Part shown: piece by piece, positions 49,801-63,895 of the stretch
Layout: the number at the start of each line of letters is the position of its first letter
How positions within the stretch are numbered: the stretch's first letter is position 1
Assembly: GCA_977030845.1 (NCBI GenBank)
Contig: OZ365113.1
Location: forward strand, 25,172,001-25,236,000
DNA from: Fimbriosthenelais zetlandica
Taxonomy: Eukaryota
DNA length: 64,000 bases
Reading direction: 5' to 3'
The notes under the pieces: model-generated
Database searches by the model: none
What the model saw: the letters and a program-made list of their open reading frames with translations, nothing else
Told to the model about the DNA's origin: nothing
Program-made: the position numbers and the translations under genes

Positions 49801-52800
49801 TGTATGTACATATATGTGATTTTTAAGTTCTAATTATAAAAACATCAGCCTGGAAGAAACAAAGGCCAGTTAGCTGTCAAGATCTGTAATGGCCAGTTGA
49901 TGGGATTCATCAGAAACAAGTGGAAGATAGTAATTATCTCCAACGTTCTGACCAGTCATGCGTACTGCCCGCTTGGCTGATCAGGGCTTTGACCCTTAGT
50001 CAATGCATAGAAGATACTTTAATTGAAGGTTGATGGAATGAGATGGCTAGTGGGCGGTGGGTCTAAGGTATGAAGAGAGGGCCTTAAAGATGCCCATATA
50101 TACTGTATCCTATGACAGTTAGAGGGGGCTGTATTCAGCTGGTCATATACAAGTCTTCATGGCCCATTAAGGAACCGAAAATATCCCTCATGAATAGTCA
50201 ATGTGAAATGATGCTGGCGGAGGAGGGAGGAGGGAAGATCATGGAAGAGCCTTTATAAATGACAAGAGTGTGTGTCAAAATGCAAAGTCACTCTCGCTGA
50301 CATTCCAACACCTCCCCCTCTCTCTACCCCCAGAAATCCATCCATCAAATATGGAAAAGAAAGCAGCCCACAAATCTAACACATTTGGTGTGATGCATGT
50401 TATTATGAAATACAAAGACTAGGGGGGATACATAATGTGTGAATTATTGAAGAGCTGGGTCGGCAGGGGGCATAAGAAAGTTGAGAGGAGACCAGAGAAG
50501 ATGATGATGATTCCACAGGCAACCGGTTTATCCACTATTTCGATTGAAATCTTACACCTATTGTGTAGCCCGAAACTTAATCATAGCCGGGTGAGAACCG
50601 TGCCTTTTTAGATATATAACAATAATGACACAGCAGGTGGAGGGTAGAGGGTAACTGATAAAAGCTGCTGAGGCCATATTATTATACTCTTCCTAACTTC
50701 GCACTTAATATGGGATGCAAGGAGGGATTAGGGCAAAATGACCATTTCGCTTGGACGCTGCTGTGGCCAGTGAAGCGGTAAAGTAACTTAAACTATAATT
50801 GGAACTGCTGATGAATGATATACACAGTATGTGCAACTAGAAATGATGGATTTAATCCTCTCTAATGTCACCCTGCTTTGTCCAGGCTCGTCCAAATGGT
50901 CAGATTCAGTTAGAGTGGTATAAATGTCCATAAACAAAGCCCTGCCTCAAGATGGTGGCACTAACAATGGAGTAAATACTTAAGATGACTCCATCCCAAA
51001 CGACCATACTGTGACATTTTATTTTATTGGCAATCCATAGGAGGGAAAGAACTATGCTTTAGGAAAGTGCCTTATATACCGATATATACACAGATTTCCC
51101 AGACAATTTGGGCCCAACTTTTCATGTTATCAGAGTGCATTAGGTACATGCTGTTAAGCACCCTGCCTGGAACCAATTTTCTGAGCAATGCCTGCGAGCC
51201 AGAGAGCCGGGGAAGCTAGCCGGGGCTGGAGCAGACACAGCAAATGAAAGCCAAAATGAAATTTATCTTTCACCACCTGAGTAATTACCGGTGGTAGGGG
51301 GAATAAAATAAACAGGGGAAAGTGATTTAGTGTATGATAAGTAATCAGTTGGAGGAAGGCCAGTGTAATGATGACCATCCCCTCCTCTCCTCCTATAGCC
51401 TGTATCTGCCCGCAAGCATCTGAAGAAGCAAACCCCCTCCCAACCCACCCACCAGCTTCAATCCACCACCATCCTCCCCAAGACAGGAGCCAATATGTGG
51501 CTTCCCCATCTAATCACATCCACCGACTGCATTAGGCCCAGGGAATTCATTGATATTAATAAGAAAACTTCAATAAAGGACCCACTAATGGGCTGCTGAC
51601 CACTGGGGAGATGGACTGATGTGTGCGTGTGTGTGGTGGGGGTCTGGCTGGCCTTTCTCCTCCACAGTCCTTGCTCTTTCTCTCCCCCTAGACCTGCTTC
51701 CTTCAAGAGAGATTTTCACCATATGGATGGAGAGAGAACATGGCAGATTTTTCGCCACTCACTGACTGTCTGTGTGTTTGGCCAAGGGAATATATATGGA
51801 CTGGACAGTCATTCCCAAGTGTATGCTGACTGGGTGGGTGGGTGGGGGGGGGGGGTGGAAGGGCTGGAGGCAGTGGCAGAAACACACGTCACAACAACAA
51901 GCAAGATTGGAATTGAGTTTCCTCGGCCAGAGCTGGCTCAGACTGCCCAATAAACTGCCAGGGCGAGTTTATCAAAATTGTCTTCTTGCTGCTAAATCAA
52001 CTTTCATATCAGCCAAGCGCCAGTAATCAGGGATTGCAGGGGCCGCACATTGTAGCCTGTTCCGCGCTGTTTTATTGATAAAAGCCACACAGCATTGAAC
52101 AACATTCCCAGCAAAAATAAGCGCCGTCTACAAATAAGATTTACACTAATGTCTCCCACTATAAATGGCTGGCCACCACAAAATACACAAGGAAATAGGG
52201 ATTCCCTTTGCCTTAGAGTACAACTTTGGAAAAATTGTTTTGAAAGGACACATTACTCTTGTCATTTAGGTGGTTTTTTGCCTAAAGTGGGAGGATTTAG
52301 CCAAAAAAAGAGAACCACTTTCGCCTAATTTTAGTTTCTCATTTCGTGGCATCTTTCTTGTGACGCGCCGTCATTTTAATCCTGCTGCGCATGACGTCTG
52401 CGCCCCATTTCCGGATCCGCCCTTCAAGCATCCCAGAGAGCATATACAACGTTCATGCCTAGTCGCTTCCAACTCCCCTGCAGTTCACCGAAATAACCCC
52501 AGTTTTCCTCTTGTTCCAGCCCAATGCCTTCCACGCCCCTTTCCTTCTTGTCCACCCTCCCAACTTCTTCATCATGAATAAAACATATCGTTGTGCCCAC
52601 ATTTGGCAAACACCACCCAGGGACTTATAGTTTTATTTCGAACGCTGGGTCAGTCATGGACACCCCCAGTTTGACCTTGGAGGTGTAGTTAGTTAGTCAC
52701 TGGTCATATAATGATGAAGTGTCTTTCTTTTTAATACACAACTCGGGGCAGCATGATCGGGCGCAGGCCTGGACAGCCCCTTGAACTGTTCATAAATGTC

Positions 52801-55800
52801 AGTACAGATTAGCAGGAGATAATTCTGACACAAGCCATGCTTTTTACTTTATAGACCTCCCTCTCCGGTGTCGTGATTTGTGGTCGATCAGCGCAACCCG
52901 ATATCAAATTTTGCCCCCGTGCGCCCTCCAACGGTAAGGACCTCCCGATTCGGGGGCAGATAACTTCCTATCAGATATCCACACGGTGGCGCTGTGCGTC
53001 AGACGCCAGGGGTCGAGGAATGGCCAGAATACGTATGACTTCTAACATGTTAAATGGTAGCCTGTCAGATCGGCTGTGCCATGGCGACCCTAAAACAAGA
53101 AAGACCCAATAATCTGATATATATTGGGCAACCCGAAATCGGGTTTCTAACCCTTGGAAGGCATGTCTTGAACTCCCCAAGGTCATGACTTGAATGTAGC
53201 TGACATGAATTGAGGTCAGATAAAAAATCGGATTTAGGGGAAAAAATGTAAGGGTCGAGCAGACGAAATTCAGAAGAAAATATCAGTAAGTTGGCGCCAA
53301 AATATAGGCGAGGTACTACATATTCCATATGTTTCCTGCGGCCAGACTAAAACAACTCGCCCCTCCTTCAACCTAGAAATTATTCCCATTTGTCCTTGTC
53401 TCGCATCCTGTGTGGAGATATTCTAGTGTAGGATTTCTGGTGCCGCCCCTGGTAGTTAAGATATCAGAATATTTTATCTGGAGATATGATATCTGGAGTC
53501 TTGAGATAATGCTGGTGGGGGGTTTATAGCATTCCAGTCAAGTTCACATTCATCATATGACTAAATACATATCACATCCACTCATCACCCCACTGACATA
53601 TCAATCCATGCCATAACTTCTGAACTTCACCGTCATAAGTGAAATACCCAAACAGGGATCTATAATTATTAATATCATAATAGAACAATTTCCAAATCCA
53701 TCTCAATTTTCCCAATTTTGTTCAGATTATAAGGAATTCCGAATTATATGAAAGATTCCATTCCTGATTATGATTGGAATTTGATTGGCGGTCGTTATAA
53801 ACTCATTAAATTTCCTTAGAATATTTGTCAAAATAAATAATTGATAATGTCAAGATGGTGATACATGACCTACAATATAATATATATATATAAGATTCAT
53901 AGCAGAGATACATGTAAGCTCAGGTCAGGAGTAACACATTAGACAGATAGCGCCCTGCTAAATATCAACCCAACTAATGATAGTTCCCAACTGGTCGACC
54001 TAATTAATACCAGATTGTCCGAGTCTCGTGAAAGAGCAATAGTTGGGCGATTAGGGTCGCAGCAGGGGGCAGAGACGATGATCAACTTTAGCTGCTCCCC
54101 CAGACATCATGGCTTTACTCCTTATACATGGGATTAGGGCTAAATCCCAAGGAATATGAACCATTGCACTTCCTTCTATCATTAACTTGAGGAATGACTA
54201 TTTAACGACATTGCCATTTAGGCAATTATTGTAATGGGACTGTTGTCATATTTTCCACAGATACGATCTGGTATGATTTTAAACATGAGTCCTGTGTTAA
54301 GTTTCTGATTCATGTATATAGGGATGTCAGAGAAGAGGTTGGAATCCATATGGAATGCCAAGCCCTATTGGTGGTGAGAGATATTATATATGGCGCCAAT
54401 TTGAACGTGTTAGTACCATAAAATAGCAGCTTGGTCAGTTAGTCCAGCGCCATTTGGCCAGGTGATTAGGAGGGGAAGGGTAGGGCTAGACGGGTCTGGA
54501 ATGTGTTACACCCTTCACTTCTGACACTTCGTCATAGCATACATCTCACTTCAAAAGGGAATCGCGGACACCCTGCCCCCTCTGCCAAATAGTTTAATAA
54601 TCACTCTTTAATGGGCAGTAATTCGGGATGGCAAACAACCTGGGGAACAAAACCAGGGTATCAGTGGATATGTTCACTTCTTTATCCGGGATAAGATAGT
54701 AAGAGAGGGTACATGCGAGCCGCTGCTATAGGCTATATCCTCGACAAACAAAACGCCATGATTGAAACACAGCGGAATACATGGTGAAGATGAAATATTC
54801 TGCTCGGTTAGGACCCGGATTGAAACAGTAGCCTTGGTTTTATCGCCGACCGCCGGCTGGAAGACGTCATGTGAGGGTCGAACATTTCTGTGACACCGCC
54901 CTGGCACCAGCCTGGCGGGCGGGGCGGTGTATCAGAAATGTGCATCCCAATATGAATCGTCTCAACTGTCATTCACACGGTGGGGGAAATGCAGGGGCCA
55001 CTTGGCAGGGTCGACAGCCCTGCTTTTCTCAGGCATCATATTTCTGAGTGATGCCCCCATGAGATGAAGCTACTACCCCAACCTACCCCACCCTCCCACA
55101 CCCCCAACATCTTTTTGCATCTTTTGCTTAATATAAAGGAACCTAGTGTGTGTGTGAGTGTACATGGACCTTATAAACCTAAACCTCCCATCTCCACGAT
55201 CATCTGAGAGCGAGGTAAAACACGGAGGGGAAACTATTAGGCATGACCGCCCGCTAAGTGCTCTTTTTTCGCTACACTTGCTGATGGACGGGCAGCAAAG
55301 AGTCGGGAACATGATGATCAGATTTAGCCACTCATTTCACACAGAGAAGGGGCTTTGCTCATGTTTATCCTGCCAACCCAGGTAGATCGGAAAAGGTCAA
55401 TAACCCCTACACCCCCCGTCGTTTCCCGCGGAGGTATACATATGTAGTTGGCACTTTTTAGCAAGAAACCCTGTTGCTTCCTACCCCACCCTTCCATGTC
55501 GACCTCGCCTTGGTATTTTACCCCTCCCCCCTCCCAACAACACTAAACCCCAGCAACTTGTACCGATCCAAGGCACTGACGAGGGGATGTTTAGAGTTAA
55601 AGCCTCTCGGGATAAGATGCCTAGTGGGCCCCATAGTTTCTACTTGGAAAATATTAATGTCATTTATTATCCGGCGGGCAGAAGATAGCCCCCTCACTCC
55701 CCTGGAATGCCACGCCACGGAGGTCTGTTTCCTTTCCTCCGATGACGGCTCCCTCTTTCCTATGTAGCCTCTCGCGAGAGTTGTCGACTACCACGAGACA

Positions 55801-56699
55801 TCAAACGTTAGGGGGGCGCGTGTGTGGTGAGGTCAAAGGTTAAGTTCCCCCCTTCTTGTGGCGCCCTGGCCCTGAGGATCCCGTAAATACCCAAACCCCG
55901 CCACCTCACAACAGCCATCTTGGATCCTTTTGTGCCCGGTTGACAATCGTCTTGTCAACAAAACACAAACGCCATTGTTGCCAAACTACACCGGATCCGT
56001 GCCGCTGCATTCTCCACTTCCGCCGGGCAATGTTTGCCCAGGGAAAACCTTTCCTTAGCTCCCTTTCATAGCTCCTTTCAAAAATCAACCCAAAAAGTTA
56101 AACGCTGCAGCCCCGGAAAGTCAGGCTTCAAATTTGGCCTGAAGGGCGGAGGAAATAAAAAATGGGGAGGCGATGTAACATTTGATCCGCTTGCACTATT
56201 GGCACTATGTGTGGACTCACATCTCGCGCGGAGGAATATGAGTAATATCTAAAACGTGGAGTTATTTGCCTAACCCCGTTCCTCTGATGGTATTCCCCCG
56301 GACGCATATTTATCAAAGCAGAGCGCGCCCCGAACACGATCCCGATCTTGTCCGTCTGCTGATTGATTCGACAGTGCCTGTTTGTTTTCTCATCTTAAGA
56401 TGCTAAAATTTGAAATCTGTGTCAATTAATGGCAAATGTGGCGCGGCGGGCAGTTGGGGGAGGGAAATCCAAGACAGGGCCAGAGGTTGTGTGTGGATTT
56501 CTCTACAGTTGTCAATCATGCCGGGCAGCGTGCTTTGTTTTCACAGCTTGACGTTAGGGGGCATTCTGCCCATCCACCCCCAGAAATATATATACACTCA
56601 CACACCTCCCCTTGTCATTTCCATAGGGTCTGTATCAGTCTTGTCCACAAGGACATATATCTCAACTAAAATGGTCTGCCACATTTTGAATGGACAACA

Positions 56700-56760
56700 G
56701 TGAGCTCTCTCACCTCTCCCCCTCTCTGCCCTCCCCACTCTCTCTCTCCCTCACCCCCCC

Positions 56761-56801
<41 letters not shown>

Positions 56802-56850
56802 CCTCCCCCCTGTCTCTCTCACTCTCTCCCTCCCTCCCCCCCTCCCTCAA
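56700..56850. repeat. Polypyrimidine tract with (CT)n and poly-C
   Basis: Seen directly. Confidence 0.9.
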
Positions 56851-59800
56851 TCGCTCCACTCCTGGGTCATCCATGATATATGAAACACCCCGTTCCCCCT
56901 GCCATATGCTATTGCGCCTATAACTGTTGGAACTATCAGTAATGCCAATCCGTGATAACACGGTCAGGTTTAACAGTCACTGTCCAGATTTCAGAGGCCA
57001 GGCTTATCAGCACACGTGACTTTATGACTGATTGCTTATCAGTGGACAGTTGGTGGGGGGGGGGGGGGCTGCTATACTAGGAATGGGTCAGTTTGGCCCA
57101 GGGAGCAACTCAGTGCTTTTCGAGCAGCTCTGTGTAAAACTCGCTGTATAAAAGTAGAGGGAAGAGTAGGTTGAATGCCATCATATGTGAAGTGTAAGCA
57201 CTGGACTGTCAAACAAATAATGACAGTAGTCCCTCCATCAACCCATCCCTCCTCTAACCCCCTCCTCCCCATCCCCTACTCCTCCTCCTACCCCGCCCCT
57301 CCCCCTCCCCCAACCACTCCCATACCATCACTAACATGTTCAACAACCCCTTGGCATTAACCCCAGTCAGTGACAAGGGTGCGTAAGTTGAGAAAAAAAT
57401 ATCCCCACACACTTTTAAATTAGATTCAAGCTCAAATTCGGCCAGCAAGCCATAGAAAACTTTTCCTTCTGACACCATAAAGAAGCCTCTCTGACAAGTA
57501 GGCCAATATCTAAATAGCTTTCAGCAACTGAGTCCTCGGGAGTGGGTGGGCCTCATTTTTCCCGGCCCAGTTGAATAAATATTTAGCTTTTCTGTGATTC
57601 ATGTTCAGATTTCCAAGAGGATACAAGATCTTCTGAAAGAGTTAACGCGGAGCCCTTTGTCTAAAGCTCAGCTGGGGAGAGAGAGAGCTTAGCCCACCAC
57701 CATCACCATCATCCTCCCCCTCCCCCACCTCCTCCTGGCAGCTAGCCTAATTCTACCGTTACCATAGAGCCCAGCATCAGTTGCCATGGAAACGAGTGTG
57801 GCAAATGCTGACCAACGGTCAGCGATAAGGAAGGGTGGTTGTTGTTGGTTGGAAGTCTCTCTGGTTGGAAGGAGGAGGTGGTGGAAGAATGAGAGAGAGG
57901 GAGGGAGAGTGGGGGAAAGGCGTTTAGGATGGCGAGGGTTAAAATAGAGCTTGTCACGAATTAGAGTGGTCATTTGAGCTGCTCCCAATCTGCTCATATT
58001 CCCCATCTTATATATGCTAACTACAAAAACTATTAGAAGCAGAAGAACAAATGAAAAAAGAACAGAGAGAATAGAAACAAGTTGATGAAATGAATAGTTA
58101 TTAGCCTCTAAGTCTTCCGGAATGGCCCCATGTTCCAGGGCAGGGCGCTCCTACCGGCAAAGCGTGTACTCACTCCAGGGAGTCCAGATAACCGCATACT
58201 GCAAGCCCAACTGTGCACATAATTGGTCGATAAAAGGCCAAGATCACTGCCAAATTAAAAATAAACCCCTCCCTCCCTACACCTCCATGTTTTACTGCCA
58301 CATCTACTACAAAGTGCACTCGGGATCTTTCAATTTCCTTTAAAATTAATGGGACGTGTTAAAATATTTCCATTTCTTTTTTACCCCCGGCTCTTTCCAA
58401 AATGTACGCCAGACAGATGGTGAGCTACCTCAAGCATGGGTGGATGCGCCCAACCGAAACACCTGTAGCATATCAGTCTCGGAACACACACTTCTTTTTG
58501 CCCTGATTGAATGTGACAGGCACGTTGATTGGTGGATACAGCTGCTGCCCTTACACTCTTAGCCAATCAGGGGACGATAGAGAGAGGACAACCGTAGAAA
58601 CTGCATGGAGTCGGTTATAGGGGGCGCTTGTTATTTTATTTTGTGGGTTTTTTTCTAGTTGAGGTAGACTTGCCGGTGTGTCATCACAAGGAAGCAACCT
58701 CCTCCCATTTGTCCTCATTTTTACACTTCTTTCACAGCCTGGTTCAACTTCCTATACCAGGCTCAAACTGCCTCTGTCATAGCGAGACACCACGCGGCCG
58801 CGACAGGCACTACATCATAACCAAGATATGACGATATGGCAATGAAAATATGAATACCAATATCATGTGCGAATGTTTCGCACGACCAAAGACTACCTAA
58901 TATTTCCACACAACATCCATCATTTTGGTAAATACTTTATATATAAGCCTAAATTTGAAAAAAAAAAAGAAAGAAGAATCCTTGAGGGGGAACGTTATGC
59001 ATGGAGGCTTAACCGTCTGAGGTGGTCTTGTGTAAGCAATGTTTGAAGGGGAAGGGAAAGAGGCGGGCTCCGGGAGCAGGCAGATGACATTTCACCAAGC
59101 GTGTAATGTGCCACCGCTTATACCGCCCTGGGTCACTTGTAAGCAAGTCGTTTTTCAGACACAGTTGATTGTTGTCCAATTGTTGCTTGTTTGTTGGGTG
59201 TTTAGTACCTATTGACTTGTGAAGCCTGAGCGCCTTTACCGCGCAGGAGACGAGTCTTCCCTCTCTCATTCCCTCTTTTGTCGCCGCCAGACTTTTTTCC
59301 CACCTCTACGAGTACTTAATATTGACCCATATTTGGAACCCTTCAAAAATTCAAATTAACCCAATCCAAGACACCCATATAGCTTAGCCTTCTATGGAAA
59401 ATTGCATTGAAATCTTTAACAATCATGTAGTCTTTGTCCATACAATCAGTTAACCATTAATGCCTTGAGCTGGTCATAAACTTCCCAAGAAGGAGGATGG
59501 GGAGAAGGAGGAGGAGGAGGAAGAGGAGGGAAGGTTGTGTAAAAGCATGAAAGGATGTTAAATCTGTTAGACTGGGACCACCCTGTGCTGTGTAACTCTG
59601 CTCTTTCATGCTAGACCCTCGGGGTGGCTGTGCTGGTTATCAGAAGGACTTCCACCATTCAGTCTGAATGTACCACCACCTCAACTACCTGCCTCAAATT
59701 GTCATCCCTTCTCAAAGCCCACCCCATCTTTATAAAGGAGAAGGTGTTCTATAAAGGGTTTCACAAAGCGCTGTATAGATAGATAGACCAGTTAGCTAAA

Positions 59801-60530
59801 GCTGATCTAATGAAGAAGACCAAGTCTAGATAGATTTCCTAACATGGGATTTAAAAAATAAATTAAAAAAATTGACCTGTTAATGCAATCACAAGGTCTA
59901 GATCGACCACACCGTATTCATTGTCATTGAATGGTAAGGTTGGCAACAAATAGCGCTATCAGGTTTATTTCCCTGTGAAGTGGCTGAACACAGAGTACAG
60001 CAATGTAGAGGTATTTTATGCTTGGATGGTATATAGTGAATCTTGTGACTTTAGGCCTGGGCATTATATTAGATGGCGGGGGGGGGGGGGGGGGTGGATA
60101 ATGCCGCATAATGATGATACATGGGCCTAGCCAGATGGGGTGTGAGTGCAGCTATCACATACACACGGATGGAAAAACTTTATATATCCCAGCTGTGACC
60201 TGCACAACTGTTTTTTCGCTCATAATCTAACACTTTTCTCAACCGTTAACAAAAAAAACCCAAAAAAACAAAAGTATTCCAAATCACCCTTAATCCCCCA
60301 GCTGCCACTAAACTTTAATACGATTGTAAATCAAATTGCGTATTATGAACTAATTACAGAGATAAGATCGAGGCAATCACGCAGCAATCTGACATAAAAT
60401 TCCGCTGGCAAATACAATCCAACATGGAATCTGTCAAACATGGAATTTCTCTTTCTCAGCTGTGGATGTAACAGAAAGCAATAATAAGACGCGGTCTATC
60501 TAATCCACACAAGTTGGTGTCAACAAGGAT

Positions 60531-60575
60531 GGAGGGAGGGGGAGGGGAGGGGGGAGGGAGGGCGGGGGGAGGAGG
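60531..60575 (+). repeat. (GGGA/GGGGA)n G-rich tract, a potential G-quadruplex
   Basis: More than six G3+ runs separated by 1-nt loops. Confidence 0.8.
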
Positions 60576-63500
60576 AAAAAAATACACCTCTCCAGCATAA
60601 ACACACGAGAGTCCCTCATCTCCTGACAAGAGATTTCCGCCGCCCAGTCACAGGTGAAAAGTTGGCCACCTTGTCTGGCAGGGGGAAGAAGAGAAAGAGG
60701 GGGAGAAGGGTCGAGAGATCAGGCCTAAACAAACCCCCGTCACCCTCCAACCGACCCTCTATTTATTTTACACAGGATCCAAGCGCCAATCGGTGGGCAA
60801 AAATAAAAAATAAATAAAATGAAAAAAATATCAATGTATATATATGCTTATACATGGAGGTGGCGTGTGGGTTGGGATGGACAATAACTGTAGTGTATCT
60901 GACTTTTTTCATTTTTTTACATTTTTTTTTTTTTTGGGGGGGGAGGGGGTAGGGGAGAATGAGTGGTAACCGAATAGCTCGTCGCTTTATTCGTAGGAAT
61001 TGTCAATAAAGTCACGTGACTATGGAGGTGGGTGGGAGTGAGGTGGGGGTGGGGGGGGGGGGGGTAGGGGATAGAGAGATCAACCGACACAAGCCCCGAT
61101 TTCCTAAATTGTTTTATGTCTTATGGGACATTCCGACATGGCAGTGGGAAGAAGGACGGTGGAGAGGTGTAGCCTCTTTGGCTCGAGCCGCCGAGTGTAC
61201 AAGCAAGGCTTGGCTGGATTGGGCAAATGGCGACAGGTAAAGCCCCCAGTGGCCGCAGTCAACACCAAGCCTCTTGTGATGGCTGGATCTTGAAAAGTTT
61301 GGAAAAGTGGTTTGGTGTGTGTTCGAGGTTTAGTCGGGATCTACTGGCCATAAACAGCGCATTTTCCTATGTTGACACATATCTTTTGTCATAATCGCCC
61401 GGCCTTCTTGGCAGACATTCCGGCACTTGGCTTTAAAAAGAAGGCCCTTCCATCCATCCACCACCTCCCCCCATCTCCTTCTTCAACAAACTTTTATACA
61501 TTTTCACTTCTCTCTCTTTCCTCTCTCATCTCAAGTCCCTCAACTAAAAGGCCCACCACCACCCACCTAGGTCAACAGACATCACGTCCAACTCTCCTCT
61601 CCTCCACCCATCCTCATTTGCCTCTACATTTCTTTAGCCTTTCTTTCCTTTTTCTAAGAGGTTTCCCAACGGTTGACTTTATCAATGAATCAACTGCATT
61701 TGATTGATGTTCACCCCCTTTTCTTTACGATATTTATCCAGATTTTTCATCAGGCTTTTCTTTTGAATGAGGGAGCGAGAATGTATATATCAGATGATGA
61801 GAGACAGGTCGGGAATGGATGCAGGAATAATTAATAAATCATAAAACTACTACTATACCTTTCAGATGGGCTATCTATCTACACCTCTATGATGGTAATA
61901 TGTGGGACAGGTTTATATATACGGTCATCAACAAAGAGTGGTAAGTGAAGTGGATATATCTAGAATGGCCATCTTTGATTATACCCCACAAAGGTGAGTA
62001 AAATTCGCGGCCTATGCTTGTCACAAATAATTGATTCAGGAGTTACTTTGTCCAACACAGGTGTCCCATGCCCCCTACCTCCCTTATCCCCACACCCTCC
62101 CATCAAATCCAGCCAGGTGCGCGCGACACTGTCCATTCTACACAGGTAAGGTCTTCTCAAAGTTAAAGGGAGAGGGCAGTTTTTGGGGTGAGTAAGTAAC
62201 TAAACCATTCACTCCCCATCCCACCCCTCCCACCCCGACAGTTTTACAATACCCATCTTGCAACCCTTCACCCTAAATCCTCTGCACCCAGACCAGGTAT
62301 ATGCAAGCCCCAGACCAGGGAGGGTAAAGGGGTAAACCCCTTTCCTTCTTTGCCCCCCTTTTTATACACCCCATCCTGATACCCCTATGTGAGAAGAGCC
62401 AACAACCGTTTGTCCTTCACCCCTCATCATGACCTCAAACTATCTGACCTCTGACCCCCAGACACCTCCCAGGTCAACCACCCTTTTTTCTGCTCCCGTG
62501 AAGGGGCACTTGGATCCTCCTATCCGTATATGTTTAGGGTCAGCTTTTCGGGGGCCTATTGCCCTATGGGGGCAACAAAAACACAGAGCGGGTTTGGCTG
62601 TATGTGGGAGGGGAGGGACCCCCCTAGGGGCCCTGCATATGCTCCAATGTCAGCAGTTTTGCCCCACTAGGCTGGGGTTTGTCACCTACGCTTCTTGATA
62701 ATTGCTTCAGCAGGGGCTTTACTGGGGCCTGGGGCGAACAGTGGTAAAACGGTGAGAGAGAGAAGAGGAATGAATGGACGGAGGAAGTGGCCGACAATAC
62801 AGCTCCACAACACCCACCTATAATGTGGAATCTTTTTCATTTTTCTCTTTCATATCTATACCACCCATCCTCTAGACTCTCCTCTCTCCGTCTCTCTCCC
62901 TCTCCCCGCTCTATCTCGGTGTGGGGGCGGGGGACATTCATTCCCTTTTTACATGGCCTTTGAGTTAAATAAGCCTCCGGTTATCTTCATTTGTAAAGCA
63001 TTAACTATCAGATAACGTCAAATGGGGGGTAATTCACCAATTCGCTCATCCTTTCACTCAAATATGACATATATCTACCCTAATATAACAACGAACACAA
63101 TTACCAGAATTAAGATAATACAAAGGTGATTATTTTCGTAAAGCAAAACTGGAAAAACTACATGTATAGTTTCCTACAACAAATCACGGATTGTAGGCAG
63201 GTGAATGGAAATAATGTAGCAATATGTACACCTGTGGGGCTGGAAGGGTTCTATCTTGCTGATTAACAATATCCTACTGATTAAGCACAAAAAGACACAG
63301 GCCTGGCACGTCATGAGATCTAATTGTTAATTGTCTCGCGATCTCTCCTTCCTCCTCTCCCTCCATACCGCCAGTAATAATCCCCCCATACTACATACAT
63401 AAAGGAAAATCCTCCCTTCTGCCTCGCCTTCCTAAATTATCCTCCACCCTGCATGTTCTTCTTTCCCATGGCTGTGCATCGTGACAAAATTGTTAATTAA

Positions 63501-63749
63501 GAATACCAATAATGAACTTGTATGGCAGCTTTGATGGGGAATTGTCGATAATTTCCCCCGCTAATTGCTACTAATTCCACCTGATGCATGGCTTCCGCGA
63601 CGTTCTTCTGACCCGACTCCTACCTGATCATGTTGTTCTGACAGCACGACAACTACCTACATGACATTTTTCATATACATGTACATCTGCCTTTTTTCTT
63701 TCATCAATTTCATACCCTCTCCTTTTCCTATACACTCTGTTCCAATTCC

Positions 63750-63750
<1 letters not shown>

Positions 63751-63802
<52 letters not shown>

Positions 63803-63895
63803 CTCCCCTCCCCATCTCTTCCACCTCCCTCCCTCTCTTCTCTCCCTCTCTTCCACCTCCCTCCCTCTCTTCTCCCTCCCTCTCTTCTCCCCTCC
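63751..63895. repeat. (TC)23 microsatellite followed by a CT-rich low-complexity tract
   Basis: Seen directly; it accounts for the ERERER/SLSLSL ORFs at 63.6-64.0 kb. Confidence 0.95.

Noticed and set aside
63575-63625. - strand SRKP-like codons as a possible Sall first exon
   Set aside because: No initiating Met in frame, an early stop and no phase-1 donor.
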